Source of the DNA: Candidatus Doudnabacteria bacterium
Lineage (GTDB): Bacteria; Patescibacteriota; Doudnabacteria; UBA920; O2-02-FULL-48-8
Reading direction: 5' to 3'
Assembly (NCBI GenBank): GCA_039931165.1
Contig: JBDTSL010000002.1
Location: 71,134 to 135,133, forward strand
Length of the DNA stretch: 64,000 bases
The notes beneath the pieces are model-generated. The model worked only from the letters and a program-made list of their open reading frames with translations, did not search any database and had not been told where the DNA came from. The position numbers and the translations under genes were made by a program. Positions 30,687 through 41,182 of this stretch are shown piece by piece (position 1 is the stretch's first letter; every line of letters starts with the position of its first letter).

Positions 30687-31907
30687 TCAAATCTCTACCG
30701 GCTGCCGCGGGCGGAGGGAAAGTCCGAACAGCAACAGGAGCATTCCCAAAGACGCCATGACCCAGCTCAAGCTCACTTTATCAGCCAAAATTCCAACTAT
30801 TATGGTGGGCAGGGTGGCCGCCACCTGGAGCAGGATATTCAGGGTCCCGTAAATCCGGCCGCGGAGATGCGACAGGGCATAAGTTTGGAGCAGAGAATGA
30901 CTGGGAGCGAATATATGAGCGTTAAAAAACCCGATGGCGAAGGCGATAATTGAATAATATACATACCTGTAAGTAAAGTATTCGATCAAAGACAAAGCCA
31001 TGATCATGGCGCCCATTCCGATAAATCCGGCAAAAATCAGAGTTTTTTTCGAAAAACGCCGCTCTTCTACACCCAAAAGCAGGGATCCGATCAAAATCCC
31101 AATTCCCAGAGGCGCGACCACAAGCAAAGAGCCTCTGTTCAAATTAATGCCGATCTCCTGCTGCATGAAAGCCGGCGCGATCGTGATCATCATGCCGTTG
31201 ACCACTTGAATCGCGATCAGGCTCATCAGCGGAAAATGCAGGGTTTTGTTTTCCAGCGCGTGCCTGATCCCTTCCATGATCTCATGCCAAATTTTGACCA
31301 ATGAAAAAGTATTATTCGTCTTTCTTTCCGGCGGCAAGGCAGGAAGGGATAGTGTCGCCAATCCGGCCAGGATCAAAAGAATAACGCCCAAAAAATACGG
31401 AGCGCTCTGGCCAAAAGCCAGGATTACCGGGCCAGCCGCGGCAAATCCCACGATCAATGCCACGCTTCCGGTAAAAGCAAAATAGCTGTTGGCAATTAAA
31501 ATCTGCTCCTTCGGCACCAACATCGGGATCGAAGGCGCTTCGGCGGGAATATAAAACTGATTCAGGGAAGAATACAGAAAAGTGATAATGATCAGGCCAG
31601 AAATATTGTCGCCGACCAAAAAATACAGACCAATGCTCGCGGCCTGGAGAAAATTTATTACGGTCAGGATCCATTTGCGGTCAAACCGGTCGGAAAAAGC
31701 CCCGGCTATGCTTCCAAAAAAAATCGTGCCCAGGCCGAACGCAATGATGATCAGCGAAACCGAAACCGACGAATTGGTCAGCTGAAAAACTTTGATCAGA
31801 ATGGCAAAGCTCAACAGGTAATTGGTCAGCTGGGAAGCAGCCTGTGAGATCCAAAGCTTGGTGAAGTCCCAGTTCTTGAGTACCGCCAAATATGATTTGA
31901 AGCTCAT
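30687..31907 (-). CDS. MFS transporter
   Basis: 406 aa, 12 predicted TM helices; N-terminal 'WDFTKLWISQAASQLTNYL' typical of the MFS family. Confidence 0.8.
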   Translation of the reverse strand: MSFKSYLAVLKNWDFTKLWISQAASQLTNYLLSFAILIKVFQLTNSSVSVSLIIIAFGLGTIFFGSIAGAFSDRFDRKWILTVINFLQAASIGLYFLVGDNISGLIIITFLYSSLNQFYIPAEAPSIPMLVPKEQILIANSYFAFTGSVALIVGFAAAGPVILAFGQSAPYFLGVILLILAGLATLSLPALPPERKTNNTFSLVKIWHEIMEGIRHALENKTLHFPLMSLIAIQVVNGMMITIAPAFMQQEIGINLNRGSLLVVAPLGIGILIGSLLLGVEERRFSKKTLIFAGFIGMGAMIMALSLIEYFTYRYVYYSIIAFAIGFFNAHIFAPSHSLLQTYALSHLRGRIYGTLNILLQVAATLPTIIVGILADKVSLSWVMASLGMLLLLFGLSLRPRQPVEI

Positions 31908-32296
31908 AAGGATTTTTTTGCCAGGGTAATATGTGGGTTTTGGGCGTAAAAAGGCTTGACCATGCCGAACCCCGGCCTGGACAATAAACCTATGAGGGAT
32001 TTTGAGCTGTTGGCTTTGACCGGCAAGATTTTAATGCCCAAGCCAAATCCCAGAGCATTGGCCACTGCCACCGAGCTCCGCGTTTTGGCAAACGGGCCGG
32101 GCCCGACCACAACCGCAAGCTTGGACAGATCGGAAAATTTGAACTTATTTTTTTTAAAAAACTTTTTGATCTCTAAAATTAACCGTTCGGATAGATTTTC
32201 GTTCACAAACTTATGTTCGGCCAAAAAATTTTCGGACACTATAGCTAATCGGGCAAAATCATGGTCGCTGGCATCGATAAAAAGTATTTTTTGCAT
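31904..32296 (-). CDS. tsaB: tRNA threonylcarbamoyladenosine biosynthesis protein TsaB-like (truncated YeaZ)
   Basis: 130 aa; 'ILFIDASDH...LAIV' and 'LAVVVGPGPFAKTRSSVAVANALGFGLGIKIL' match the TsaB N-terminal ASKHA half. Confidence 0.6.
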   Translation of the reverse strand: MQKILFIDASDHDFARLAIVSENFLAEHKFVNENLSERLILEIKKFFKKNKFKFSDLSKLAVVVGPGPFAKTRSSVAVANALGFGLGIKILPVKANSSKSLIGLLSRPGFGMVKPFYAQNPHITLAKKSL

Positions 32297-32421
32297 TCAA
32301 TTTATTTCTTAAGCGAGGATGCTGGTTGCAAAAGAATTGCGAAGGCCGTCTTAATCGGCCGAGCCTTAGCGAAAATTTTAATTAAAATTTTCGCGTCTTT
32401 TCAAACAGCATCCGAGCGGCT

Positions 32422-32991
32422 TCATGACGCTTCTTCCCATTTATGGCTTTTTTCCCTGTCATTAACGCGGATAAGCTTAATGACTTTGTCCACCAGGCGC
32501 TTGGGATCATCATCAAACACGATCCGCTTCCGGCCGCGCTTCGCCAATTTCAAAATGTGGTCGATGTCCTGCTCAATCCCGCCTGTTTTGGTCAAAACCC
32601 CGACCACTCTGCGGTCTTCGAAGGCCGTAGTGAATTCATTCAGTGTGCCGATCCTGCCGCAAACCACGATCACTCCGTCCGAGGACCTGGTCATGAGCAT
32701 ATTCCGTCCGGAATAATCGAACCCCGTATAAATAATCAGGTCCATGTAGTTGGTTGGCAGATGGTATGTGTTGACGTGGGCTTGCTTGGACACGGCCGGC
32801 GACAGCCCGATTGAAATCCCTCCCACGGATTTCGCGCCCCGAGTGGCCCAAGCCGTCACTCCGATCGTGGCTCCGGTGACCAAAACGCAGCCATGCAACG
32901 CGACTTGCCTGCCAACTTCAAAAGCTTTTTTATACGCGCCGCGAGTACAATTGTTTTCGGCGGAACCGGAAACGGCTATTTTATATTTCAT
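32422..32991 (-). CDS. LOG-family / TIGR00725-type Rossmann-fold protein
   Basis: 189 aa; 'KIAVSGSAE...GCVLVTGATIGV...GGISIGLSP' pattern of the TIGR00725/LOG lysine-decarboxylase-like family. Confidence 0.55.
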   Translation of the reverse strand: MKYKIAVSGSAENNCTRGAYKKAFEVGRQVALHGCVLVTGATIGVTAWATRGAKSVGGISIGLSPAVSKQAHVNTYHLPTNYMDLIIYTGFDYSGRNMLMTRSSDGVIVVCGRIGTLNEFTTAFEDRRVVGVLTKTGGIEQDIDHILKLAKRGRKRIVFDDDPKRLVDKVIKLIRVNDREKSHKWEEAS

Positions 32992-33046
32992 AAAATTAGG
33001 TTATAAGTTAGTAGGTTTCAGGTTATAGTCTATTACCTACAACCTA

Positions 33047-34009
33047 TCACCTGTAACCTCTTAAAAGTTTTCTGCCTTGCTTATAAACATTATACCAGAT
33101 TGGGGAAAAGATCAGGTCAAAACTGCCAGGATAATTTACTTCAAACCCGCCGAAGCCTTTTTTAAACCTGGTGATGCCGGCCCAGGAATGATCTTTTTCT
33201 CCATCGGGGGCAATGCCGCCGAAATCATAAAATTTCATGCCGGAATTTTTAGCCAGCTTGATGGCTTCCCAGTGCAGAACATAAGGAGACATGGCTTCTT
33301 TCATCTTCACCGATGTTCCGCCGTGCAGGTAGGTGGCGGTGGATCCGAATAAGGTCAGGATCATGGCGGACAGAGCCTGTCCTTTATATTCCGCGATCAA
33401 AATTTTCAAATACTGCGGCTCCAGATGCTCCCACATCTTAAAATAATAATCCTGCGGGTGCAGTTTTATCTTATTTCTCCCGGCGGTTTCCATGAACAAT
33501 TGCCAGACCTGGATCAGATCCTGCCAGCCGGCCTGACGCACAGTGACACCTTTGCGCTGGGCGAGATTGATGTTGTATCGGGTTTTTGGTTTCATCGAGA
33601 TCAGTAATTCTTCCTCGGTTTTTTCTCCGCCAGAGGCGGATCCGCCTTCGGCGGACAAACTCAGCATCCAATTATTCACCGGCTGGATGTCTTTGACAGC
33701 GCGCGGCAAGCGTACGATTTGCCCCGGTTCAACGCGAGAAAAAATAATCGAATGATCGGAATCCAATTTTTTCAGATCATCCAGAGCCGCATCGATATTC
33801 CCCAGAGGTCCGCGCGGGCAGTAGACGAATTTTTTGCCTAGAGGCAGATCCGTCTCGATTCCCAAATTCACAAAGTCATCCCCGGAAAAACGGTGAATTT
33901 TTTGGCCCAAGGACTGCTGAAATTCGCCCCAAGCGAAAGATTGCAAAATCGAGCCGCCGAGCTCGATTGTTTTTTTGTCCCATAATTCTTGGGTGAGGTT
34001 TGATATCAT
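33047..34009 (-). CDS. FemAB-family peptidoglycan interpeptide bridge aminoacyltransferase-like protein
   Basis: 320 aa; 'ALSAMILTLFGSTATYLHGGTS', 'KLAKNSGMKFYDFGGI' typical of FemAB/MurM GNAT-fold peptidyltransferases. Confidence 0.7.
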   Translation of the reverse strand: MISNLTQELWDKKTIELGGSILQSFAWGEFQQSLGQKIHRFSGDDFVNLGIETDLPLGKKFVYCPRGPLGNIDAALDDLKKLDSDHSIIFSRVEPGQIVRLPRAVKDIQPVNNWMLSLSAEGGSASGGEKTEEELLISMKPKTRYNINLAQRKGVTVRQAGWQDLIQVWQLFMETAGRNKIKLHPQDYYFKMWEHLEPQYLKILIAEYKGQALSAMILTLFGSTATYLHGGTSVKMKEAMSPYVLHWEAIKLAKNSGMKFYDFGGIAPDGEKDHSWAGITRFKKGFGGFEVNYPGSFDLIFSPIWYNVYKQGRKLLRGYR

Positions 34010-34010
34010 A

Positions 34011-34577
34011 TTATCTTTGCAGTGCTTTCAGCGCCATTTTTACTTTCGCCTGCAAATTCGAGATCTCTAGGGGCACGGTTTTCAGGGCGTCCCTGGCTTC
34101 CTGCTGCGAATAACCCAAACTGACCAAGGCATCCATAGCATCCGAGTGTTCTTTCGCCACAGGCATGGATGACTTTTCGTCTTTCAATTTTTCTTTCAAT
34201 TCGACTATTACCCGCTCCGCGGTTTTGCGGCCGATGCCGGAAACTTTTGTAAACACGGACGGGTCTTCCGAGACGATCGCGGATTTGAGCATTTCGATTG
34301 ATGCCAGAGACATGATCGCCAGCGCGGATTTAGGACCTACTCCTGATACCGTCAGCAGCATTTCGAAAAATTCCATATCCGGCAAGCCGGGAAAGCCGTA
34401 CAAAGCCAGCTGGTCTTCCCGGACATGAGTATAGATCACCAGGTATAACTCCTGGTTTAATTTCAAACCTAAAAGCATTACTTGCGGCAGAGCCACTTTG
34501 TAGCCCACGCCCGAGGTTTCAAGGATGATGTAATTCGCTCCCTTTTGTGTAACTTTTCCTTTAAGTGATCCGATCAT
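34011..34577 (-). CDS. ruvA: Holliday junction branch migration complex subunit RuvA
   Basis: 188 aa; 'MIGSLKGKV...YIILETSGVGYKV' OB domain; two HhH motifs 'VSGVGPKSALAIM', 'VSGIGRKTAERV'. Confidence 0.85.
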   Translation of the reverse strand: MIGSLKGKVTQKGANYIILETSGVGYKVALPQVMLLGLKLNQELYLVIYTHVREDQLALYGFPGLPDMEFFEMLLTVSGVGPKSALAIMSLASIEMLKSAIVSEDPSVFTKVSGIGRKTAERVIVELKEKLKDEKSSMPVAKEHSDAMDALVSLGYSQQEARDALKTVPLEISNLQAKVKMALKALQR

Positions 34578-34659
34578 ATAAGAGAATTATAGCAATGTCG
34601 GAGACATTGACAAAACCGGAAAATAGCATTAATATCCAAGCCTCAAGGAGGTAACGTGT

Positions 34660-34899
34660 ATGGTTAAGAAATTGAAGGAAATCCTATTGGCGGCCTGGAA
34701 TCAAATCTCGCATCCGATTCTCGTCCGTCCTCTCACAAAATTTCAACACGCGAATTGTTTTTACTGCGGAAGGGTTGCGACACACGAAGCCGTCCTCGAA
34801 CCGCACACGGTAAAATGTTGCAAACGGTTTGATTGTACTATCGCGGCCAAGAAGCAGTTGCAGGAGATGGATTTGCGCCTGAATTCACGCCTCCAGTAA
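34660..34899 (+). CDS. hypothetical small Cys-rich protein
   Basis: 79 aa with strong SD aaggaggt; 'CFYCGRV...HTVKCCKRFDC' possible zinc ribbon; no family assignment. Confidence 0.3.
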   Translation: MVKKLKEILLAAWNQISHPILVRPLTKFQHANCFYCGRVATHEAVLEPHTVKCCKRFDCTIAAKKQLQEMDLRLNSRLQ

Positions 34900-34971
34900 C
34901 CTGGAACGCGTGATTTTTTTATTGCCGTCACTATACAAGGCTCTATTAATTTTGCTATAATAAAATTTGCT

Positions 34972-36972
34972 ATGAAATTCCAACTTCAATCCGAATTCAA
35001 ACCCGCGGGCGACCAGCCGCAGGCCATTGAAAAACTGGTCAAGGGCCTGGAAAAAAAATACCGTTACCAAACCTTGCTCGGCGTTACCGGTTCAGGCAAG
35101 ACTTTTACCATGGCCAATATCGTACAGCAGGTCCAGCGGCCGACATTAATAATTTCCCACAACAAAACCTTAGCCGCCCAGCTCGCCTCGGAGTTTACGG
35201 ATTTTTTTCCGGATAATGCCGTGCATTACTTCGTCTCATACTACGATTACTACCAGCCGGAGGCCTACATCCCCCGTTCTGACACATATATCGAAAAAGA
35301 AACCCAGATCAACGAAGAGATCGACAAATTGCGGAACGCAGCCACGCAAAGCCTGCTGTCGCGCAAGGATGTTTTGATCGTCGCTTCCGTGTCCTGCATT
35401 TACGGCCTTGGCAATCCCGGCAATTACTTGGAACTGTCCATTCCGCTGAAAGTCGGCCAGGAAATCAAGCGCGATAAATTCCTGCGGCGCCTGACTGATC
35501 TGCAGTTTTTACGCAATGACATAAATCTGACCCGCGGCACTTACCGCGTGCGGGGGGATGTCATTGAATTCATCCCGGCATCGGCGGACAAGATCACCAG
35601 GCTGAATTTTAACGGCGACGAGCTGGAAAAAATCTCGGAGCACGATCCGCTGACCGGCCAAGATTTCGGCAATCTAGCTGAACTGACTATTTTCCCGGCC
35701 AAACATTTCGTCACGCCCAAAGAAAAACTGTTCGCCGCCGTCGGCAACATCCGCAATGAGCTGGCTGATCAGATTAAATTTTTTAAATCGCAAGGCAAGG
35801 ACATCGAAGCCCAGCGCATCGAACAGCGGACGAACTTTGACATCGAAATGATGCTGGAAACCGGTTTCGTCGCCGGTATCGAAAACTACTCGCGGCAGTT
35901 GGATTTCCGCAAACCCGGCGAGCCGCCGAGCACCCTGCTCGATTATTTTCCGGATGATTTTCTGCTTTTCATCGACGAATCGCACATCACCCTGCCGCAG
36001 ATCTCCGGCATGTATCTCGGCGACCAGTCGCGGAAAAAAACTCTGGTCGATTACGGGTTCAGGCTGCCCTCCGCCATGGACAACCGGCCGCTGCAGTTCG
36101 AGGAATTCGAAAAAAAAATCGGCCAGACGATATTCGTCTCCGCCACTCCGGTTCAGGACCGGGAGATAAAAATTTCGAAAGTCGTGGCCGAGCAGCTGAT
36201 CCGGCCGACAGGGCTGCTTGATCCCGAAATTGAGATCCGCCCGACCAAAAACCAGATCGACGACCTGATGGAAGAGATCCAAAAAAGGGTCAAGAAAAAA
36301 CAGCGCGTGCTGGTCACGACCCTGACCAAAAATATGGCCGAGGAACTGTCGCAATATCTGGTGGAGTACGGCATCCGCGGGCAATACCTCCACGCCGACA
36401 TCGAGACTTTGGAGCGCCTGGAGATCCTGCGCGACCTGAGATTGGGAGTTTACGATGTGGTGGTCGGCATCAACCTGCTGCGTGAAGGTTTGGATTTACC
36501 GGAAGTATCCTTGGTCGCGATCTTGGATGCGGATAAAGAAGGATTTTTGCGCTCGGAAACTTCCCTGATCCAGACCATGGGCCGCGCTTCGCGCCACGTC
36601 GAAGGCCATGTCATCATGTACGCGGACAAGATCACGGGTTCGATGCAACGCGCCATGGATGAAGTTGAGCGCCGGCGCAAACTTCAGATAGCGTACAACA
36701 AAAAGCATGGCATTACTCCTCAAAGCATCATCAAAGCCATCAAAGAAACCCGGCTGGCCGGCAAGAAAGCCGAAGAAGAAAAAACCGAGGCTCTAAAGGA
36801 AATGGACCTGACCCGGATGACCAAACAGGACATTGCCTATGCCATCGAAGAACTGCGCGACCAGATGGATATGGCTTCGCGCAATCTGGATTTCGAAAAA
36901 GCCGCCGCTCTGCGCGACCAGATCACCGCCATCCGAACCAAAACCCGGATGAAAAAACATAAGTTTAAATAA
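34972..36972 (+). CDS. uvrB: excinuclease ABC subunit B
   Basis: 666 aa; '[14 protein letters not shown]' Walker A; helicase motifs; C-terminal UVR domain '[15 protein letters not shown]'. Confidence 0.95.
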   Translation: MKFQLQSEFKPAGDQPQAIEKLVKGLEKKYRYQTLLGVTGSGKTFTMANIVQQVQRPTLIISHNKTLAAQLASEFTDFFPDNAVHYFVSYYDYYQPEAYIPRSDTYIEKETQINEEIDKLRNAATQSLLSRKDVLIVASVSCIYGLGNPGNYLELSIPLKVGQEIKRDKFLRRLTDLQFLRNDINLTRGTYRVRGDVIEFIPASADKITRLNFNGDELEKISEHDPLTGQDFGNLAELTIFPAKHFVTPKEKLFAAVGNIRNELADQIKFFKSQGKDIEAQRIEQRTNFDIEMMLETGFVAGIENYSRQLDFRKPGEPPSTLLDYFPDDFLLFIDESHITLPQISGMYLGDQSRKKTLVDYGFRLPSAMDNRPLQFEEFEKKIGQTIFVSATPVQDREIKISKVVAEQLIRPTGLLDPEIEIRPTKNQIDDLMEEIQKRVKKKQRVLVTTLTKNMAEELSQYLVEYGIRGQYLHADIETLERLEILRDLRLGVYDVVVGINLLREGLDLPEVSLVAILDADKEGFLRSETSLIQTMGRASRHVEGHVIMYADKITGSMQRAMDEVERRRKLQIAYNKKHGITPQSIIKAIKETRLAGKKAEEEKTEALKEMDLTRMTKQDIAYAIEELRDQMDMASRNLDFEKAAALRDQITAIRTKTRMKKHKFK

Positions 36973-37062
36973 GCCTTAACCTTGAACATTAATCAAAAAC
37001 TTGCTATTCTTTGTAAGCTAATCAGAGGTGTCGCCCTGAAATGCAATTTTTTAACTTTATTA

Positions 37063-37194
37063 TTTACGAACAAAATTAGGTGCGCAGTCCCGACCTGTCG
37101 GGGCGAGCACGAATTTTGTTCGAGAGGAGCAGTGAGGATACCGTAGCGCATTCCGACAAATCGGGATCGCGAAGGTAATCCCAACTGCGACGAC
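37063..37194 (+). ncRNA. structured non-coding element, family 1, copy b (rpsT 5' leader)
   Basis: Homolog of 9062-9179; ends exactly at the rpsT start codon; closing stem acgaacaaaat/attttgttcg; inner hairpin cccgacctgtcgggg. Confidence 0.55.
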
Positions 37195-37458
37195 ATGCCC
37201 AATACTAAATCTGCCATGAAAGCCATGCGCCAGAATGCCAAACGGCGCATTACCAATCTGAAAGCCCTGGACGCTATCCGGAAAACCGTGAAGAATGTCC
37301 GCAAGCTGGCGGAGGCCGGAAACAAATCGGATGCTCACAAAGCTCTGTCTGCCGCCTTTGCCGCGCTCGATAAGGCTGCCAAAAAGAACATCATCCATAA
37401 AAATAACGCGTCCCGCCGAAAAGCCCGCCTCGCGCAAATGGTCGGAAAACTCAAGTAA
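37195..37458 (+). CDS. rpsT: 30S ribosomal protein S20
   Basis: 87 aa; 'NTKSAMKAMRQNAKRRITNLKA' N-terminus and A/K-rich helices typical of S20. Confidence 0.85.
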   Translation: MPNTKSAMKAMRQNAKRRITNLKALDAIRKTVKNVRKLAEAGNKSDAHKALSAAFAALDKAAKKNIIHKNNASRRKARLAQMVGKLK

Positions 37459-37465
37459 ATTTTTT

Positions 37466-37503
37466 AAACCGCCTCTTGCATCCATCGCGAGCGGCGGTTT
37501 TAG
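37466..37503. terminator. bidirectional rho-independent terminator (rpsT / polA convergent)
   Basis: aaaccgcc...ggcggtttt stem flanked by A and T runs. Confidence 0.65.
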
Positions 37504-37615
37504 TTTGGGTTATATTTAGCCGCCGCGTGGCGATCTAACACAAGGATTGGATTGCTTCGTCGGCCGCCAAGCTAATTCTTTTTCAGAACACCCGGCCTCC
37601 TCGCAAAGACGGTGT

Positions 37616-40135
37616 TCATATCTCCAATTTTTCCATCTCCGCCCAGTTGGTCCCGGCTTTAGCTTCCGACACGATCGGCACCTTAAGTTTATATGCCGAT
37701 TCCATGATTTTTTTGATCTTTTGGGCGAAGTCTTCGGCTTTTCCCTTCTCGACCTCAAAAACCAGTTCGTCGTGCACGGTCAGGATCATATTCGCCTCCG
37801 GCATTTCTTTTTCAATTTCGATCATGCTCAGCTTCATAATATCCGCGGCCAGGGATTGGATGGGTGTGTTCACGGCTTGCCTCTCGGCAGCCCCCCTGAT
37901 CGCAAAATTCGGAGCTGAAATATCCGGGAAATACCTGATCCTGCCCAAGGCGTTGGTGATGAAGCCCTGCTTGCGGGTGGTTTCGATCAGGCCGTCGATG
38001 TATTTTTTCAATTTGGAAAAAGTCTCAAAATATTTTTTTATATGTTCTCCGGCCTCGGCCCGCGTCAGCTCGGATCTGGAAGAAAGTCCGAACGCCGAAA
38101 CGCCATAAAGCACGCTGAAATTGATGGTTTTGGCGTCCCGGCGCTGATTTGAAGTGACCTTATCTTCAGGGACATTGAAGATCCTGGCCGCGGTTGCCCG
38201 GTGGAAATCCCCGCCGGCTTTGAAAATCTTCATCATTTCATCGTCGCCCGATAAAGACGCGGCAATTCGCAGTTCGATCTGCGAGTAATCCAAAGACAGA
38301 AGTACTTTGCCTTTCTCGGAAATAAAAGATTTGCGGACCTCGTTGCCCAGCTCGGTCCGGATGGGGATGTTCTGCAGGTTCGGATTGATCGAAGACAGCC
38401 TTCCCGTAGCCGCAATGGTCTGGCTGTACGTCGTGTGCACCCGTCCGTCATCTTTGGACACCAGCAAAGGAAGCGAATCTACGTAAGTCGATTTGAGTTT
38501 GGTCAGCTCGCGGTATTCGAAAAGCAGCTCGATGACCGGATGCAGTCCGCGCATTTTCTCCAGTTCTCCTGCCGCGGTCGAAATGCCGCCGGATTTTTTA
38601 TTTTTCTTGAGATTATCCGTGGGGATCCTCAGTTTTTCGAACAAAATTTCCGATAGCTGCTTCGGCGAGGAAATATTGAACTCCTGCCCGGCGAGTTTGT
38701 GAATTTCTTTGATCAGCTGGCCGATCCGCTTTTCCAGCCTGACGCTTAAAGACTCAAGCCAAGCCAGGTCCAGCTTCACGCCGCGGTTTTCCATGGCGAT
38801 CAAAACTTCTGCCAGCGGTTTTTCGATCTCATCATAGATCTTTAGAATATTTTTGGCTTTCAGTTCTTTTTCCAGCTCCTGTGTGCGGGCAAAAATTTCG
38901 GAAAAATCTTCCGGCTCATAGCTTCTCTGCCCAGGATTGGCCAAATACGAAGCAAGAAGCACATCGAATGTCATGGGCAGCAATTCGATGCCCGAGCTCA
39001 AAAATATCTGATGCAAAGTTTTCAGATCAAATCCGATCTTTTCGATCTTCGGGTCCTCTAGAACGTCTTTCAGTTCGGAAACTTTCTCCATAGGGATCTG
39101 ATAAATCTCGTGCTTGCTCCAGCCGATCAATAAGTTATCATCTTTCGCCATCAGCGCGATCTGTTTTTGCTTCTGCAATTTATCCGCATTCCGCAGAGCA
39201 GGAAAATTATTTTTCGGGGGAGCCAAAAGCTCGGACTGGGCGCCTTTGGAAACTTTCGGCAATCTGGAAACCAGAGATTTGATACCTAAATCGGCCAATA
39301 ATTTGATGACTTTGGACTGGTCATAGTCGCCCATTTCTGTTTTTTCAAAATCGAAATCCAACTCGCCTTTTTGATCTATATACGCCAGTTTTTGGGATAA
39401 ATACGCCTTGGGTTTGCCCTCAACCAATTTTTTTATGGTTCCTTCCTTGATTTTCTTTGACCCTCGCTCGGCCGCCTCGTACACACTGTCCAAACTGCCG
39501 AACTCTTTCATCAGATCCATCGCCCCTTTCTCGCCGATGCCCGGCACTCCCGGGATATTGTCGGACAGGTCGCCGCGGATGGCTTTATAGTCCACCCACT
39601 GGCCGGGATGCAAGCCATAAATTTCCACCATTTTATCAATATCAAAAATCTGGATGTCGGAAAACCCCGTTTTGAACCGGTACACCTGCGTATGGTTGTC
39701 GATCAGTTGCAACAGATCCAGATCTCCGGTAACAATGATGCTCAAAACATCTTTCGGCGTTTTGTGCGCGATGATCCCCAGCAGGTCATCCGCTTCAAAT
39801 CCGGCTCTTTCGTAAATCGGGATGTCCAATGCAATTAAAATTTCTTTGATCTTCGGCAGCTGCATCAGAAGTTCGTCCGGCGCTGGCTTGCGCGTGGCTT
39901 TATAATCCGAGGTTAACTTGTCGCGGAAGGTCGGTCCTTTCACATCAAAAGTCACCAGCGCATGACTCGGTTTTATGTCTACCAGAGCCTTGAAGAGCAT
40001 GGAAAAAAATCCGAAAATGGCTCCGGTCGGAAATCCGTCTTTGTTCGACATGGCCGGCAAGGCGTGAAAAGCGCGATGAAACAGGGCATGCCCGTCAATT
40101 AGTAAAAGTTTTCGTTTAAATTCGTTCATAGACAA
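37616..40135 (-). CDS. polA: DNA polymerase I (5'-3' exonuclease + polymerase; reduced 3'-5' exo region)
   Basis: 839 aa; 'LLLIDGHALFHRAFHA' 5' nuclease N-terminus; pol motifs 'DYSQIELR', 'RRDAKTINFSVLYG', 'VHDELVFE'. Confidence 0.9.
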   Translation of the reverse strand: MSMNEFKRKLLLIDGHALFHRAFHALPAMSNKDGFPTGAIFGFFSMLFKALVDIKPSHALVTFDVKGPTFRDKLTSDYKATRKPAPDELLMQLPKIKEILIALDIPIYERAGFEADDLLGIIAHKTPKDVLSIIVTGDLDLLQLIDNHTQVYRFKTGFSDIQIFDIDKMVEIYGLHPGQWVDYKAIRGDLSDNIPGVPGIGEKGAMDLMKEFGSLDSVYEAAERGSKKIKEGTIKKLVEGKPKAYLSQKLAYIDQKGELDFDFEKTEMGDYDQSKVIKLLADLGIKSLVSRLPKVSKGAQSELLAPPKNNFPALRNADKLQKQKQIALMAKDDNLLIGWSKHEIYQIPMEKVSELKDVLEDPKIEKIGFDLKTLHQIFLSSGIELLPMTFDVLLASYLANPGQRSYEPEDFSEIFARTQELEKELKAKNILKIYDEIEKPLAEVLIAMENRGVKLDLAWLESLSVRLEKRIGQLIKEIHKLAGQEFNISSPKQLSEILFEKLRIPTDNLKKNKKSGGISTAAGELEKMRGLHPVIELLFEYRELTKLKSTYVDSLPLLVSKDDGRVHTTYSQTIAATGRLSSINPNLQNIPIRTELGNEVRKSFISEKGKVLLSLDYSQIELRIAASLSGDDEMMKIFKAGGDFHRATAARIFNVPEDKVTSNQRRDAKTINFSVLYGVSAFGLSSRSELTRAEAGEHIKKYFETFSKLKKYIDGLIETTRKQGFITNALGRIRYFPDISAPNFAIRGAAERQAVNTPIQSLAADIMKLSMIEIEKEMPEANMILTVHDELVFEVEKGKAEDFAQKIKKIMESAYKLKVPIVSEAKAGTNWAEMEKLEI

Positions 40136-40958
40136 TATTTTCCATAATTTCTTTTGTATACGGAGTGAAGGAGCTCGGATACCTCCATAGTGAACGGATA
40201 ACCATATACAGATTAAATTCTGTTTTGTATTTCACCAAAAAATCTTCGCCATAACCTCTTATAAAAGAAGTTATTACCTCCAAATCATTTTTATTTTCCG
40301 GATTATCAGTATGAATATACGTTCCATTAGGACTATGGTCAACAATAGTTACTAAATCATAAGGATGATGACCGGAAAAAATTTCTGAACCTTTATCATA
40401 TAGTACAATCTCTTCGTTCTTCCCTAAAGTATTACCAGTATGAAGATCGCAGTGCAGCAAAGAATAAACGATGTTGTTGGAATCTAAAGCGAGAATTCTA
40501 CCATTTACATATTTGGATATATCTTTTAAAAAGCTGGCAGATAAATCACTTTTCTTCTCAATTTGTTCTTCCGTGGCTTTTTGAAAAGCGCCCGATAAAA
40601 AACTCTTCCAATCCAGCTTCTCTTCCTTGCCCTCGCTTGTAATTCTAAAGCAATACTCATAGTGGATCGAGTGCAATTTTCTTACAATTTTTCCAAACCT
40701 TTCATAGTCTTGTGCTGATCCGAAAATCAAACCACCAGCTGAATGCGGTATATACTCTAGTAATAACTGATCATTTTTGAGATTTGGGGCCTCAATAATA
40801 TTCAGTGTAGGAAACCCTCGGTCCTTCAACTCTTTCAAATACACTTTTTCGGTTGCTATCTCTTGAGGTTCTGCAGTTTTTAACACGAACTGTTTACCAT
40901 CAATTTCCACCAATTCTACTTTAGAACTATATGAATCAAATTGTTTTATAACTTTCAT
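40116..40958 (-). CDS. aminoglycoside/choline-kinase-like phosphotransferase (APH fold)
   Basis: 280 aa; Brenner motif 'LLHCDLHTGNTL' (HxDxxxxN) and downstream 'D' region; AT-rich relative to neighbours; stop overlaps the polA start by 20 nt. Confidence 0.6.
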   Translation of the reverse strand: MKVIKQFDSYSSKVELVEIDGKQFVLKTAEPQEIATEKVYLKELKDRGFPTLNIIEAPNLKNDQLLLEYIPHSAGGLIFGSAQDYERFGKIVRKLHSIHYEYCFRITSEGKEEKLDWKSFLSGAFQKATEEQIEKKSDLSASFLKDISKYVNGRILALDSNNIVYSLLHCDLHTGNTLGKNEEIVLYDKGSEIFSGHHPYDLVTIVDHSPNGTYIHTDNPENKNDLEVITSFIRGYGEDFLVKYKTEFNLYMVIRSLWRYPSSFTPYTKEIMENIVYERI

Positions 40959-41182
40959 GGTTAAATCATACCAAAAAACCGCCCTTTGGGCGATTAGATT
41001 ATTTTTTTATATAAAGAATGCGAGCCTTAGAAAAATTTAGTCAGAATTTGAAGAGAGCAACCACCCCGGACTTGATCCGGGGTCCACTTCCTTAATTAAA
41101 CCAGTTGGTGATAATGATGGTAGTGGATCCCAGCTTTCGCTGGGATGGTTATCATTTTTTCTTGAAGCAATTTTTTTTGCGC

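Noticed and set aside
35674-36393. 239-aa minus-strand ORF within uvrB
   Set aside because: Antisense frame of uvrB.
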